Part shown: one piece after another, positions 25,689 through 38,700 of the stretch
Position numbering within the stretch: position 1 is the stretch's first letter
Layout of the letters: each line of letters starts with the position of its first letter
Assembly: GCA_040285855.1 (NCBI GenBank)
Contig: JAUFOQ010000016.1
Coordinates: forward strand, 1,240,001-1,304,000
Direction of reading: 5' to 3'
Length of the DNA: 64,000 bases
Source: Eukaryota sp. GEM-RC1
Taxonomy: Eukaryota
The notes under the pieces: generated by a model
What the model was told of the DNA's origin: nothing
Databases searched by the model: none
The model's input: the letters and a program-made list of their open reading frames with translations, nothing else
Made by a program: the position numbers and the translations under genes

Positions 25689-26402
25689 ATGAGTAATACA
25701 CAGACCCGTCGTAAGTGTCTTCTAAAAGTAATCATCCTTGGTGATTCTGGGTACGGTCTCCCTCTTTAACGTTTATCTCAGTGTCGGAAAAGTTCTCTTC
25801 TCCACCAATATGTCAACAAGAAATTCACAGCTCAGTATAAAGCCACTATAGGTATCTCTTGCTGTTCTCCGTGACTAACTTCAGGAGCCGACTTTCTCAA
25901 CAAAGACATCATGGTTGAAGACCGCTTAGTTACTATGCAACTTTGGGACACAGCAGGTCAAGAACGCTTCCAAAGTCTTGGCGTTGCTTTCTACAGAGGC
26001 GCAGATTGCTGCGTCCTAGTCTTCGATGTCAATGACGCCAAAACTTTTGATAGCATTGAAAGCTGGAGAGAGGAGTTCCTGATTCAGGCCGCTCCCTCCG
26101 ATGTTGATACCTTCCCGTTCGTTCTTCTCGGAAACAAGATTGATATTTCTCAAAACAGAAGTGTGCCAAATAGGAGGGCAACTGCTTGGTGTCAGTCCAA
26201 AGGTGATATTCCATTCTTTGAAACGTCTGCAAAGGAAAATCACAACATCGTATGTTGCTCTTAACAATCCTTATTTCAGGAACAAGCTTTCCAAACTGTT
26301 GCCAAAATGGCCTTAACAAGAGAAGAAGTTGCACCTATGTGGTTACCTGAAGAATGTGAACTCAATGCCACAAGTAATCCATCAGGCGGATGCTCATGCT
26401 AA
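25689..26402 (+). CDS. RAB7: Rab7 GTPase
   Basis: [43 protein letters not shown], terminal CSC; introns 25751-25781, 25852-25884, 26250-26279. Confidence 0.95.
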
Positions 26403-26603
26403 TTTATATATATTGTATGTTTAGACTTTGTTTTATTCTTCCGAATTAAACCATTTTTGTATAGCTTTAAAACTACATGTAAAACGAACAATTATGAAGG
26501 ATTTTCATTTAGAGCTGCCAAACGATTAGATTCAACCCATAAGTTAATCGACTCGTTGGTGTTGTCCAAGTGTGACTTGACTTACTCAGAATAAAGTCGT
26601 CAG

Positions 26604-28421
26604 TAGAGTTGCCGTCGACTCGACTCAGATAAGTGTGAGTACGCTCGAACTCGCACTTGAATCGAGTCGAGCGTACTCAGTCTGCAGACTCAATGTCTAT
26701 GTTTTTTTCTCGTCGTTTTTCAACATTTTACTGATCAGACATTATAGAATGCTTGTTAAACAAACACCACGTGATGTGGCTTTACTCTTGAATATAAAGA
26801 TGGATTTACAACCTATATGGTACGAACTTTTCTGACGTTTGAAGTCGATTATGTCTACAAAGAAGTTTATAACGAAAGTAGAAATTACTTGATGTTCTTC
26901 TGAACATAGTTGCAAAATTCAAAATACAGTATTTTTTTGTATTACTAGTATGTATTATTTCTGTATTATGTATTGTATTTTTTTCTGCAAAAGTGTATTT
27001 GTATTTGTATTTTTTGTATTTTTTCCCTGCCCTAAAATCCCTTTAGTTGATGACAATGACTGAAGTAAATGAGGAAAACACTCAAAAGCGGATCGTTCCG
27101 ATCAATTATACCATTGTATGGTACAATTGGGCCATGTATTATTTTAGCAACTTGCAGAAATACCTGTACAATTGTCTGCTGAATTTTCTAAACGTTCCAG
27201 TACAGTACGTCAACGGCGTATGCTAGATGACTAAAAAGTGAAACACCGATCAAAGTCAAGTAACAAAAATTTAGAAACGCTTAATAATGTTCATCCCCAA
27301 GAATTGAAAAATACCAAATGATGTAAAGTTGTGCAATCTCCAGTAGCTTCACTACTGTCAGTCAGTGATGCAGATTCAAAACCCTGATGAGACGAGCTAC
27401 ACGACACTCAGTTTGATCCTGTTTTGAAGATGTACGTGTGGTCTTTGGGGACTATGATTTCGAGTTTAAACATATTTACCTACAAGCGGTATATTAAGAC
27501 GATTTACAACAAATGTACGGGACAAAAAGTGTCCAACGTCACATTGTATAACTGTATAACTCCACGTCAGTTCTTTAAACGTGGACTAAATGAACATTTG
27601 AACCGTCGGTGCATTTTAGAATCGAAAGAACAATTGGGGTGATTAATGAAAAGAAGTCTAAGACTGTATACTGAAGAGTTGAACCATGATAACCCTGAAG
27701 ATCAATCACGTTTGCAGTGGTTGGACTCAATACAGTTAGTTAAATACTTGCGATATGCAAGACAAAAATACACTTAATACAGTATTCTGTATTGTATTTG
27801 TTTTCTGTATCTGTATTGTATTTTTGTATTCTGTATTTTTTGTATTCTGTATTGTATTATTTTTTTTGTCCGTGTATTTTGCAACTATGCTTCTGAAGGA
27901 CCATAGATGAACACCAAACTTTATTGTGAAGAGGTGAAAATGAAATTGAAAATAATTGTTCTAGTTACTACAGTACATATAGATCATAGAGATAACTCAA
28001 AGCCATTAGCAGCCCAAAACCTAACACTCAAGAGGGCTCGTACAATTTTGGGGTGGAGATGTAATCATTAGAAGGTGGAAGAGTTGGTAATGTAATGTAT
28101 ACTGTAACTTCTACATTACTTTTATTTTAGTCCTTATTTAGTGTTTTCTTGTTGTGTGTTTTTTCGGCATATAAAGACGTTTTGACTTCCACCATAACTC
28201 TCTTCAAAATGGTTTTTGCATAGTTAATAGGTTATACGATGCCTTATGATCTTCAATTTATGACGTTAAAAACAAATAAAAACAAAAATTAGGACATCGT
28301 CTTGAGTGCAGACTCAGCGTACTCGACTCGACTCGGAAAACTTTGAGTACACTCGGACTCGACTCACAGAATTTTGAGTACGCTCAGACTCAGACTCGAG
28401 TCGAGTCGATCGGCAACTCTA
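26604..28421. mobile_element. Non-autonomous hAT-type element with GACTC/GAGT-rich subterminal repeats
   Basis: TIR TAGAGTTGCCG / CGGCAACTCTA; perfect TSD GTCGTCAG at 26596-26603 and 28422-28429. Confidence 0.88.
26905..27889. mobile_element. Second hAT-type element nested in the previous one
   Basis: TIR CATAGTTGCAAAAT / ATTTTGCAACTATG; perfect TSD CTTCTGAA; TGTAT subterminal repeats. Confidence 0.88.
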
Positions 28422-28539
28422 GTCGTCAGCTCTCCGTTATAACATTTTCCAAATTGAATTATAATTGATGAAGTGTATAAATGACTGACAATACATAGCA
28501 AAAGTGTTTCAGTGGTACAGTTCTGAAGTTCATGACAGG

Positions 28540-29497
28540 TGTTGTGGATGTATTATAGAATTATCTTCTTTTTAAATCTTCTCTTCTTGAATTTAAGAGT
28601 CTTTCGGCATCAATAATTATTGGCCCAAACTGGTAATCTGTTTTTCGAACTATACTAACCATAGAATAATGAACGTTAAAACAACGTGCCAAAGAACTAT
28701 ACCAAGGCTGACAGTCACAACAGTGGAGAGTATTAGCAGGTTCATGCTGGAATACTCTGCTTGTGATAAAGTCGGAACTGATGGTACAAGACTCACTCTG
28801 CGGGATTGTGTCGAAGAGGACTTATTGGAGTCCATCTCCTTTGTCAACCCAGATGTCACCAAGAGTGACGAAGAACTGAGGAACTTTCTAGAATCTTCCT
28901 GTGAATATGCCTCTATCGAAGAAGTCTATGAAGCTTTCCTCCAGCTGAAAATGGATTCTACTATCACAAATCCTCGAGCCCGAGTATTGGATTACACAAA
29001 ACAAGTAGTTGCTGTCAAACGCCGGGCAAAGAAATACGAACTCCCAGAAAAAGCCGTATTGTCTAGATTTGTTAAGGGTGTTTTGCCAAAAGGTCTCTCC
29101 GAATCTCTCAAAACTCGTGTAGCTGATGGCTATTTCAGCTCCTTGTCTGAACTCGTTGAAGTTACCATCGAAGATCTCACTGACTTTGAACGTGTAAACC
29201 AATGGAAGTCTCGGAGTCGACTGTCTTCCTCATCTGAAATGGTAGATACACCAGATGTTAAGCAAGTTCGCCATGGAGAGGCCTTGTCAAAGAAGTTGTG
29301 CTTTAAATGCGGAGAACAGGGACATATCGCCTCTGTGTGTCCGACAAAGCTCAACGCTCATCGTATCAATATGTTGAGATGCACCAACCCTCTAGAGCAC
29401 TTGAAAGAACTGGAGAAAGAGTGATGTTGTGGATGTATTATAGAATTGTCTTCTTTTTAAATCTTCTCTTCTTGAATTTAAGAGTCTTTCGACATCA
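28540..29497 (+). mobile_element. Miniature gag-only LTR retroelement
   Basis: 73-bp TG..CA LTRs at 28540-28612 and 29425-29497 (2 differences); 4-bp TSD CAGG; purine-rich tract before the 3' LTR. Confidence 0.9.
28669..29424 (+). CDS. Gag-like protein with CCHC zinc knuckle
   Basis: Intact 251-aa ORF containing CFKCGEQGHIASVC; fills the space between the LTRs. Confidence 0.85.
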   Translation: MNVKTTCQRTIPRLTVTTVESISRFMLEYSACDKVGTDGTRLTLRDCVEEDLLESISFVNPDVTKSDEELRNFLESSCEYASIEEVYEAFLQLKMDSTITNPRARVLDYTKQVVAVKRRAKKYELPEKAVLSRFVKGVLPKGLSESLKTRVADGYFSSLSELVEVTIEDLTDFERVNQWKSRSRLSSSSEMVDTPDVKQVRHGEALSKKLCFKCGEQGHIASVCPTKLNAHRINMLRCTNPLEHLKELEKE

Positions 29498-30234
29498 CAG
29501 GGGTATGAAAACAATATTACTTTTCCAATATTAATTTCCGTTCTTTGAGGTGGAGCAATATCTATTGTTATACCGCATAATTATTGCAAAATTGTAGTAT
29601 TGCCATTATACTTCGAGTTGTTCATTTCGTTGTTTTTCTTCACCATTTGGACTTGCAAAACCTGTTGTGTTGCCTTGTGTGTAAAAATAGTGAGAGTTGT
29701 TTTGCAGGCAATGATTTCAAATTGATAAGGGCTGTCATTTGAGCTCAGTTCGAGTGTTTAATGATGTACAATGCATATTTTTTCCCTCATACTTCTTTAA
29801 TTTTACATTGTCATAATTTCGTCTAATGAATGAAGAGGTAGACAATGGAATTGAAAGTATTTCGGATATTTCTGATGATGCTGGACAATAGAATATGTGG
29901 TTTTGTTTGCGATATATACACAATATGATTCATATTGTTGTAATACTGAATCATTTTGCAATAATGGTTGAAGAATTGTAATATTTATTGGCGCTTTTTC
30001 AGAATTGCAATATTAATTTCGTGGCTAAAATACATTTGTATTTATTGCAATACATTGTACTGTTTTCACACCCCTGGTTCATGTACAATGTAAAAAATTA
30101 TAGACATTGACAAATACATTAGAAAATGATATTGTTATTGATCAGGGAGAACTGATAAATATGTTAATAGATATGCTTCTGTGATTCGATGAAAATATAT
30201 ATTGGAATATTTAATCCTTACTAGTAGTTGTGAT

Positions 30235-30971
30235 CAGCAATGTAAAAATATCTTATTGTTATCTTATGGTTTTTCTGACATCCAACGATAAATATATTGT
30301 CTGGACTGGTATCTTATCTTATTTATAGGTTATCTTGAGTCAAAACAATAAATATATCTTCAATAACGACAGTAACTAATCACTAAGAACAAAAAGTTCA
30401 TCAATTTCATCAACTGGCGCCTGGCTAAGTTGAGATTCGACATCAGGATGTCTTGTTAAAATTTGTTCAATAGTTGACTGATCCCACAGATCAATATTGT
30501 ACAATAAGAACAGTTGCTTTTCTAGAGCTTCTGAGCTCAAATTTGGCCTAGTGTCTCCTAAATTTCTTTTAGCTCTGCTGAAAAGTCTCTCAACTTCATT
30601 GTTAGTTGCTGGAATCCAACTTAAATCTATATATTTTCGGTCTTGATTAGTTCGTTGCTGTTTACGTTTGTTTATTCTTTCATTTGAGCAATGGGAAGAT
30701 TTGGAGCAGGAACAACAGCTTCAAAATAGTGAAGAGCAACCGTTTTTGGTCGAACACCAATATCTGCGAGACGCTTGGAAAATGACATCAAGATAAGAAT
30801 CTGGTTAGAGAAAGAAAATGGAAGTTCTTGACTTATCTTATCTTATTGCAATATATCGTATATTGTTGAGTTTTCAAGATAAATATATTGCGGAGAGAGA
30901 GTGTCACAATAAGATAACAATAAATATATTTATTGTTATTGTACAATATATTTATTTATTTTACATTGCTG
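30235..30971 (-). mobile_element. Internally deleted hAT element retaining the transposase C-terminal dimerisation domain
   Basis: TIR CAGCAATGTAAAA; perfect TSD GTTGTGAT; minus-strand WIPATNNEVERLFSRAKRNLGDTRPNLSSEALEKQLFL (~30480-30625). Confidence 0.9.
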
Positions 30972-31523
30972 GTTGTGATACCATTTAGTAAGACAACAAA
31001 TACTAAATGAAACAAACTTAGTAATCAACACCAATGTCTACCACTTCACCATCATAGCATATATCACTTCTTGTGTTAACAATGTATTTAACTAAAAGTA
31101 AATTCCGGTCTTCATAGACAAACAGTTGTTTATCAAGAATGTCTGGCTTAACAGAAGGACGACGATGGATTTCTACTTTAGTTTAGCTTTACTGGACAGT
31201 CATGTCGCTGTAATAGTTTCATGGTAAGATGTATGGAAATAAAGTCCAGATACTTGTAATTTTATCTTACTTCTTGTTGTTGACAGCAATGTAACAGTGA
31301 CACAATTGCAATTGATAAGTAAGGAACGGCCTAACATCAATGAACAACGGCATTTCAGTTCAAATGTGTGTGTATTGTGCTCAACTCTAAGTGTTTGACT
31401 TCAAATTGAAGTCTTCAATCATGTATACTTAAATATTGCAATGTCAGGCAACCTCTGAAATAGTCCAAAATTAGTATATTTTCCAACATTGATTATAGTA
31501 CAATGTATTGCAATATCAATATA

Positions 31524-32525
31524 CAGTCTTCCCTCGGTTTAGTGCCACCTCGGTTTAGTGCCACCTCGGTTTAGTGCCACACCTCGGTTTAGTGCCAAAT
31601 TTTCGCTTCCAAACATTTGTCGATCGATCTTTCCTTCTCTATCGACCGTTCCTCGATCGATCTCCCGTCTATCTATATGTACAATAAACACGCTTACATT
31701 CTATAGTCTTTGGCTTCATATTTGGAACCCAACACTAACCTTTCTTCTCATCACACACTTTCCTTCTGAAGATGTTTTACAAAGAGTCTTCTGTGTTATC
31801 TAGACACACTCAACACCAAATCACGCCAAAAATGTCCCACTTCCTTTCTTATTCTGTTCTCATCCTTTGATTTGATATATATAAGGGTAGAATTGGGAGT
31901 GTTTACAATTTGGACTCAACGGGAACATTTTCCGCCGTGACCGGATGACGACTTTACTAGAGACGTTTTGCTAGAGAAAGAAGGCACCAAGAACGTTGAA
32001 TGATCCCATATACCCTCTCAGGGGTTAGAATATCCTTCGTCTTGAAGGCAACCACATGTTCTTCCCTCTTCGTTGACGGATTTCGCTGGTCTTTCTCCGT
32101 TTTCATTCCTTCAACAGCTTTCTACTCAACGTTCTCATCTGATTTCTCCTTTCAAATTCTTTCTTTGGGATGAGTTTTTGTCTTCTCTATGCTTTCTGTT
32201 TCTGGGCTGATACTTCTTCAGTGATCTCAGATGTACTTGTTGTCTGGTAAACTTCATTCCTAGCTCTTCGTTGTTCGCTAAAACATCATGAATGATATCA
32301 AATTTCTCAATGTGTCACTGCCTTTTTCTTGAAACCCTTTCTCTCCCATATGATGGCCAATGGTACCCCACTAGTATCACCAGTAGATGCACGTCTGTTA
32401 TAGCTTTTATTTCACATAACAATAAACATCCATCATCATCTGTTCACACTGCACGGAACAATCCCTCGATATAGTGCCGACCTCGGTTTAGTGCCAAACA
32501 GCGGCACTAAACCGAGGGAAGACTG
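31524..32525. mobile_element. Tc1/mariner(pogo)-type MITE
   Basis: TIR CAGTCTTCCCTCGGTTTAGTGCC, TA flanks, tandem CCTCGGTTTAGTGCCA subterminal repeats; diverged inverted internal copy at ~45050-45210. Confidence 0.88.
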
Positions 32526-32688
32526 TATATTAGCGTTCCCTACATTACATTTTTTGGTAAGGCCGAATTGCGTTGGAACTGTTTTGTATTATTGTTTCGT
32601 GATGATGTATTCAAACGAATTAGTAAACTACTACATTAGTTTTTAGCAGGAAATATACATGTACAGCAGATTTAGAAAAACGCTATGT

Positions 32689-33594
32689 CTATGTATATGA
32701 CACTGGGATGTGTTCAGGAAGAACAAGTCGACTATACAAAGAGTCTGCATCAAGAACAGGAGCAACTGCAACACAACCACGCGTATTAGCAAAATCAGCA
32801 TCAGGGTTGTACTCGATTAATTCCTTGTCCATGTTGAAAACAGTACCTCCCATACTGACTATTATTGCCTCACCAGCACAAGTGTCCCAACGTTTAGTTC
32901 TTCCGAGGCACTGAATAAAAGCATGAGAAAAACCTCTAATTACGGTTAAAAGCTTAGTCCCAGTCCCATTATTGTGGAGGACTGACTTATGTCCAAGATT
33001 TTGGACAACATTATCCACAAAGCTTTTTTGTGAAAGAGTATCACTAACAGTAATAACCATCTCATCTGAAGGAGGCCATTGAGGATTGAGTGGCTTTCCA
33101 TCAATAAAAGCTCCAATTCCAATAATTCCGTATACGAGTTCAAAACCTGAATTAACGTTCAGAGGTTGAGAGATAATGCCTGCAACAGGCCTACCTTTAA
33201 AGGATATCCCCAAAAGAAACGAAACTGATTCATATTCTTTTTGAACAAAGTAAGAAGTCCCGTCCAACGGATCTATCCACACTACCAATTCAGACAGGTC
33301 ATACTCTGGGAGAGCTAAAGAAACAGGATCGGTTTGAGTCTTGTATTCTAAAGGGATATCCACTGGTTTAGCTTCAATACTTTCTTCTCCAATAACTCTG
33401 ACTGAGGGAAAATGATACTTAAGAGCATTCACAATGACTTCTTCGATGTGTAGATCTACAGAAGTGACATAGTCTATAGTTTCAGGATCTTTCATGAAGA
33501 CATCGACTTGACCTTGAGAATCGAGTCGTAGAACTTTGTTTGCTGTATGTGCTAAGGAAAGACAGAAATTGAAGAGATCGGAAAAGGAAGACAT
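32689..33594 (-). CDS. BPNT1: 3'(2'),5'-bisphosphate nucleotidase / inositol monophosphatase family
   Basis: DYVTSVD, IGEE, VVWIDPLDGT, KRWDTCAGEAI. Confidence 0.85.
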   Translation of the reverse strand: MSSFSDLFNFCLSLAHTANKVLRLDSQGQVDVFMKDPETIDYVTSVDLHIEEVIVNALKYHFPSVRVIGEESIEAKPVDIPLEYKTQTDPVSLALPEYDLSELVVWIDPLDGTSYFVQKEYESVSFLLGISFKGRPVAGIISQPLNVNSGFELVYGIIGIGAFIDGKPLNPQWPPSDEMVITVSDTLSQKSFVDNVVQNLGHKSVLHNNGTGTKLLTVIRGFSHAFIQCLGRTKRWDTCAGEAIIVSMGGTVFNMDKELIEYNPDADFANTRGCVAVAPVLDADSLYSRLVLPEHIPVSYT

Positions 33595-33622
33595 TATGTA
33601 TAGTAAAAAACCAAAATAGCTA

Positions 33623-34058
33623 TTAGGACGTGGATTCTTGTCTGAAATGAGGAAAACAACAACAGAACATACACAACAATCATTACATAACCAGTTGATG
33701 TATCGGGTGTGATGATGATTTCGTTTTTTCCGTTCGTAGACGTATGAGATTCAATTCTTGATTATCTTTGTTATGAGATCAGTAAAGGAGAACTAACAAA
33801 CTTGAGACTCATCGAAATCTTTAAGTAGAGATTGAGCTTTTTGTACAAGAGGAGAAAATACAGATGCAAACTGAGGTGATGGAATGGAGAAGGATCCTCA
33901 TACATGTACAGATTTTTCGGAATCAAGTTTCCAGCTTTTGATGGGGATACCATCCTGATTTATGATGAGAACACCAGTAACACCAGCATGAGAAGTAATT
34001 CGGCGAAGAGATTCTTCAACTTCCATAAGATAGGATTAGGGGGAAAGTTTACCTGCAT
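33623..34058 (-). CDS. DYNLRB: Dynein light chain, roadblock type (missed by ORF track; 3-4 tiny introns)
   Basis: Spliced: EVEESLRRITSHAGVTGVLIINQDGIPIKS..KAQSLLKDFD..ELNLIRLRTEKNEIIITPD..YVMIVVQ; start at 34058 or 34026. Confidence 0.85.
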
Positions 34059-34075
34059 TTTTTTGTGTAAACACT

Positions 34076-35730
34076 ATGAGTGACTATACATCACTGTTTT
34101 ATCAACTAACTGATCCCAGGAAAAGGGTTCGATCAGAAGATCTACATGCTCTCACAAAGAAACAGATCACGACAGTTCTGACAACCAATTCATGGCCTTG
34201 CAAAAGAATGGAAGTAAGACGGATCTAGTTCTTAAGCTACAAGCTTTACTTGCCACTGGAACTCTGGTACAACCATCAATTCCAAAAACACCCATCCAGA
34301 AATCTTCACAACCTCTCATTTCAAAATGGATCACACCAAAACCTGAAGACGATCCGTGGTCTTCAGGAGACGAATGTCCACCGTTCAAATACGAAGACTT
34401 TCTACCTGTTATTCGAAAAGAACATCTTCAAGTCAACCAACACCATCAAAACGCTCAAATTCTAAATCTGAACCAAAGATCTCTACCCCAATCACAATTT
34501 GTGACTCATCACCATCTCTTTTATCTTCTTCCTTCAATGATCAGGTGCTACAAAACAGTGATTGCTTTTTAGAAGTGGCTTCTGGAGAGACATCAAATGA
34601 TACACCAAAATATGATGAAATCATTTCTGATGATGATGACGTTCCTACTCAAGTTCCCGATAACGACTGTAATTTAAATCTTAACGAGTGTTTTTCTGTG
34701 GGAGAAGAGCCAACGGTTATTGTTCAAAAAGAAAGTGAAGAACCAATCAAAAACAGCTCAACATGTCAACTGCCGACCTTTAGTAAGTATCAAATGGATC
34801 TAATTTACCGATCTGACCCTCATCAGAAATCATTTGCAACTACTCTGAAGAACATCCCTTTAACAAGCGCAAAACAATCTGCTACTCGAGATTCAATTTG
34901 GACTCACGTTGGAGAAAAGGTAGTTATAATTGCAGATTCTTATATCCGATTTATCAAACACTACAATAGAGAATACCAAGCCCAGCTTGATATGCTAACT
35001 ATCAAAAAGGATCTAGTTTTCGGTGAAATTCATGCAATTGACACAACATTAATTCCAGAATCAGTGCCAAAAGATATGCAGAAATATTGGCAAAATTTAG
35101 AAATTGTTGATGATGAGAACAACCATTTCGTTGTACCCTTCCTACCCAGATTACTGTCAGATACTCCTGAACACGTAATTCCAATGATTCACTACATGTC
35201 TGCAATCAACCGATCGAAACCACCAATAGGGTCAATTGTAAGTATTCCTTTCGCCAAGGAGACGAGAAAGAAATCTAATACAGTGAAGTACAAACCAATG
35301 CCTGTGGAATGGACTATGTTTCTGATTATTGATTACTTTGACAATGGTTCAACTAATAATTTTGAAACAATTGCTGGAATGTTAGTTGAGAAGAATCGAT
35401 CTAGCTGTACTATTTGTCCTTTAGACATTCAAGGTCCCAATTTAATATCAATGTGGGATTTTGGAAGAAATCGAAGGAGGAAGAAGCATTAAAACGATTA
35501 AAAAGTTCATACCAGAATTTGAAGGCAACTTGAAGGAATTCATTCTGAACCACCCAGCTTTTCAAATTGTAAGCAAAATACAAGGTCAGAAACTGAAGAA
35601 TCTTCAAAACGATCAATTTATTACTGAGCTTGATAAGATAGTTCAATCAAACATTAGCACAGAGATGGAAGGTAGTTGTGAAATAGTATTATCCCATTGT
35701 TTAAAGAGAATAATACAGAAATATATCTAA
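34076..35730 (+). CDS. Hypothetical protein with N-terminal SAP-like motif, frame-broken
   Basis: LHALTKKQI../LQKNGSKTDLVLKL then ORFs 34356-35492 and 35461-35730. Confidence 0.45.
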
Positions 35731-35757
35731 CACACAAGTATTCTAATGACAAAGCAC

Positions 35758-38700
35758 TTAGTCATCTTCATCCTTAATTCGAGATTTCTTGCTTTTAGGC
35801 ACCAAATCGTCTTCCATATCAGAAAGAGTGGCCTCTTCTCCAAAAGAGGCAGGTTCCGCTGATTGACTGGATTCCACTTCAGAATCGACATCACTTTCCT
35901 CTTTCTTCAACCTCATCTTGGATCCTCCCTTACGAGTTATACGTTGACCCACAGTCCTCTTCCGATCTTCCATTTCAGTGATAAGATCAGGGTTCATTGG
36001 CTGATACTCATCCTCACCTTCTTCAACAACAAAACTCTTACGTTCTTTGCCCATACGTTTACCTTCCGCTTGTTGTTGAGCCCAAAGCTGAGTAATCTGG
36101 ACGAGCCGTTCCTTATCCCTTCTAGCTTGCTCAATCCACTTCCCTTCTTCTTCTTTCTTCTGTTCCTCAACCAAAACTTCCTGTTGTTTGGCATCCTTCA
36201 TGGCATTCTTTTTAACCAGCTCCTGTTCCCTTCTCGTCTGTTGAATCTCATCATATTTCATTTTTAACTTGGAGGTAGAAACTATCATTGATGTTAACAT
36301 CCCGTACAGCTCGAGTAGCAACCGCACGAATCATTTTAGCCCTAATTTTTGAATATTTCAATAAATTAACAGCTGTTTCCTTTTGCACAGGATGGTGATA
36401 CAACTCACCGAAATCTAAACCTTCCAGCTCGGCACTTCCAGCACATTGATATAACCAAGCTAGAAAAAGACATCGTTGCTTGGCAAACTTAACCAGCGTT
36501 GTTCCTCGTTTAGAAGACTTCGCCAACTTCTCGTAATCAATGTCAATTTCATCACGTTGTTTCCAAATGGTCTTGTTAGTGTCCAAATGTTGTTTAACAG
36601 CGATCAACGCAATCATGGCTTGATCAGAAATAAAATTTAAATTATGTGGGCACAATTTCAAACCCTTGGTTAAATACCACAAAGCCCTCGTATACTCATC
36701 AGCAGAAGCCAACACTTTTGCAGCAAACTGGCAAACTTCCCCAGCCAAGTCTCTAAAACTCTTGCCAGATTGAGAGAAAGGTTGTGTCCTACTAGTAAGT
36801 AGAGTCACAGCTCTATCGTAACATCTAACAGAAGATCTAAAGTCCTTTAAACCATGGTGAGCATGACCCATGTTGATCCAAAGGTCAATATTAGAGTCCA
36901 TAATCACAGGAGAACTCTCGCGAATTCTTGTGAGCAGAGTAAGCGCCATTGCTGAATGATTAAGTTGACCTAGAACGGAAGCAATTCCAAGAGCAGCAAA
37001 TGAATTCAGTTTACGGAACTCAATTACTTTTGTATAGTATTGTACCGCATTGTCAAACCACTTCTTTGAGGACGACCCGTCTCTTCTCATTAAACTCTGC
37101 CTTCCAGTGTGAAGAGCGAAGTTTCCCAAGGCAAGGAAAGCATATGGTTCGAAATTCCAAATCTGTTGGACATTGGTGAAAGCTTCATACGCTTTCTCAA
37201 ACTCCTTCTTTCTCATGAAGAAGTTACCCATTTCATTTCTTAAATCAGAATTGAAGGGATTAGCGTAGATTCCTAACTTAAGCCATCGAAGACCATGATG
37301 AGTATCAGCTCCATTGTCCAAGGAAGACAAACGTAGGTAAGCAGGAACGAAGGAAGGAAAGTCAATGACGATCTCCTTGTAAAGTTTAACTGCTGAGGGG
37401 AAATCTCCCTGTAATTCCAAGAGTTTAGCATGGGCAAACTTACAATGATTCTTGGCATATTCACCAACTCTGTCTTCAGTTCGAGCTAAGATCTGTCGGG
37501 TTAAGTCAAGATACTTGGAAATGCTTGTGAAATCATTACCAATCATTAAATACAAAACTGCAATCGTATAGGTCAATTGATAGGGCACCTCCATCGCTTT
37601 GAGCTCTAATAACGACTTACACTTCAGAAAACACGTGACTGCTTCAGAAAAGAGTGATGTAGTACCAGAATCTCACCAGACAAAGCCCAATCCTCGTGAT
37701 TAGAGCTCACATCCTTCAACAACTTAGAAGAAAAGTCAATAGCTTTCTGAGGATGACTAAACTTAAGATGACGATGAGCTAGGAGTCTCATTACTGAAGA
37801 CGAATGGGGGAGTTTAGCACCTAATTCAGCTAAAACACTGAAGGCATATGAAATCTGAGCATCGTCACGTCCTAGAGTGAATCCAATCTGACCAAGAGCA
37901 AACATTGCTGGGATGTGTTCCCCTCCTCTCTTCTTACATCCTTCTACTACTTTACGAAGACAGTTCATAGCGTCAGCAGATCGATTGGCCACTTGGTGAG
38001 TGACGCCCTCCACGTACCAGCACTCAAGTGTCGTGACTGGATTGATTGACCGTGATTGAGCTTCTCTTACGACAGCAAGAGCTCCATCGTAATCACCCAC
38101 ATTGATCAGAGACTTAGCTAAGAACAAAAGAGCAGAAGGGGAGGTAGAAACAAGAGAAAGAGAAGAATGTAGGTGATCAAGAGACTCCTTGGAAAAGTGA
38201 TGATCATAAGAGACATAGGCTAAGTAGAAAGAAAGAAGAGACAGAAGGGCAGTGGGCTTACCTTCCAAAGTCTCCTGAGCTCGTTGAAGAGCAATACCAG
38301 CTTTATACAGATCGTTTAGTTTAATAAAGCAGAAACCCATCAGGCAGTAGACATAAGGTAAGAAGACGGGAGCTCCGCAATGACCATCCAAACAATAAAC
38401 TAAGAGCTTTCTAAGACTATCTAGGGCTGCTTTGAGTCTATTCTCTTGTAGTTCAATGAGGGCGTGAAGATACAGAGCAGGGATGTTCTTGGAATCAGCT
38501 GATTGAACTACTGTGATGTGAGTGTTGGCTTTGTCTACATCTCCACGAGTTAAAGAAACAACAGCTTTAGCGAGAAGAACTAGATTGGAAGTGGAATCAG
38601 CAGACTCAGCCATAGAGAGATAGGAATCCACTTGAGTTGCCTGCTGGGTGGAGAGAACGTCAGCAGTGCTAGAGAGGAGTTGAGGGAGGTAGAACATGGA

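Larger units (their letters stand above)
28536..30076. mobile_element. hAT-type MITE whose left terminus was hit by the LTR element
   Basis: TIR CAGGGGT(A/G)TGAAAACA at 29498 and ending 30076; TSD GTTCATGA (28528-28535) / GTTCATGT (30077-30084); related copy at ~55410-56218. Confidence 0.75.

Noticed and set aside
31530..31600. Short regularly repeated 16-mers as a CRISPR or iteron array
   Set aside because: They are subterminal repeats of a TA-flanked MITE
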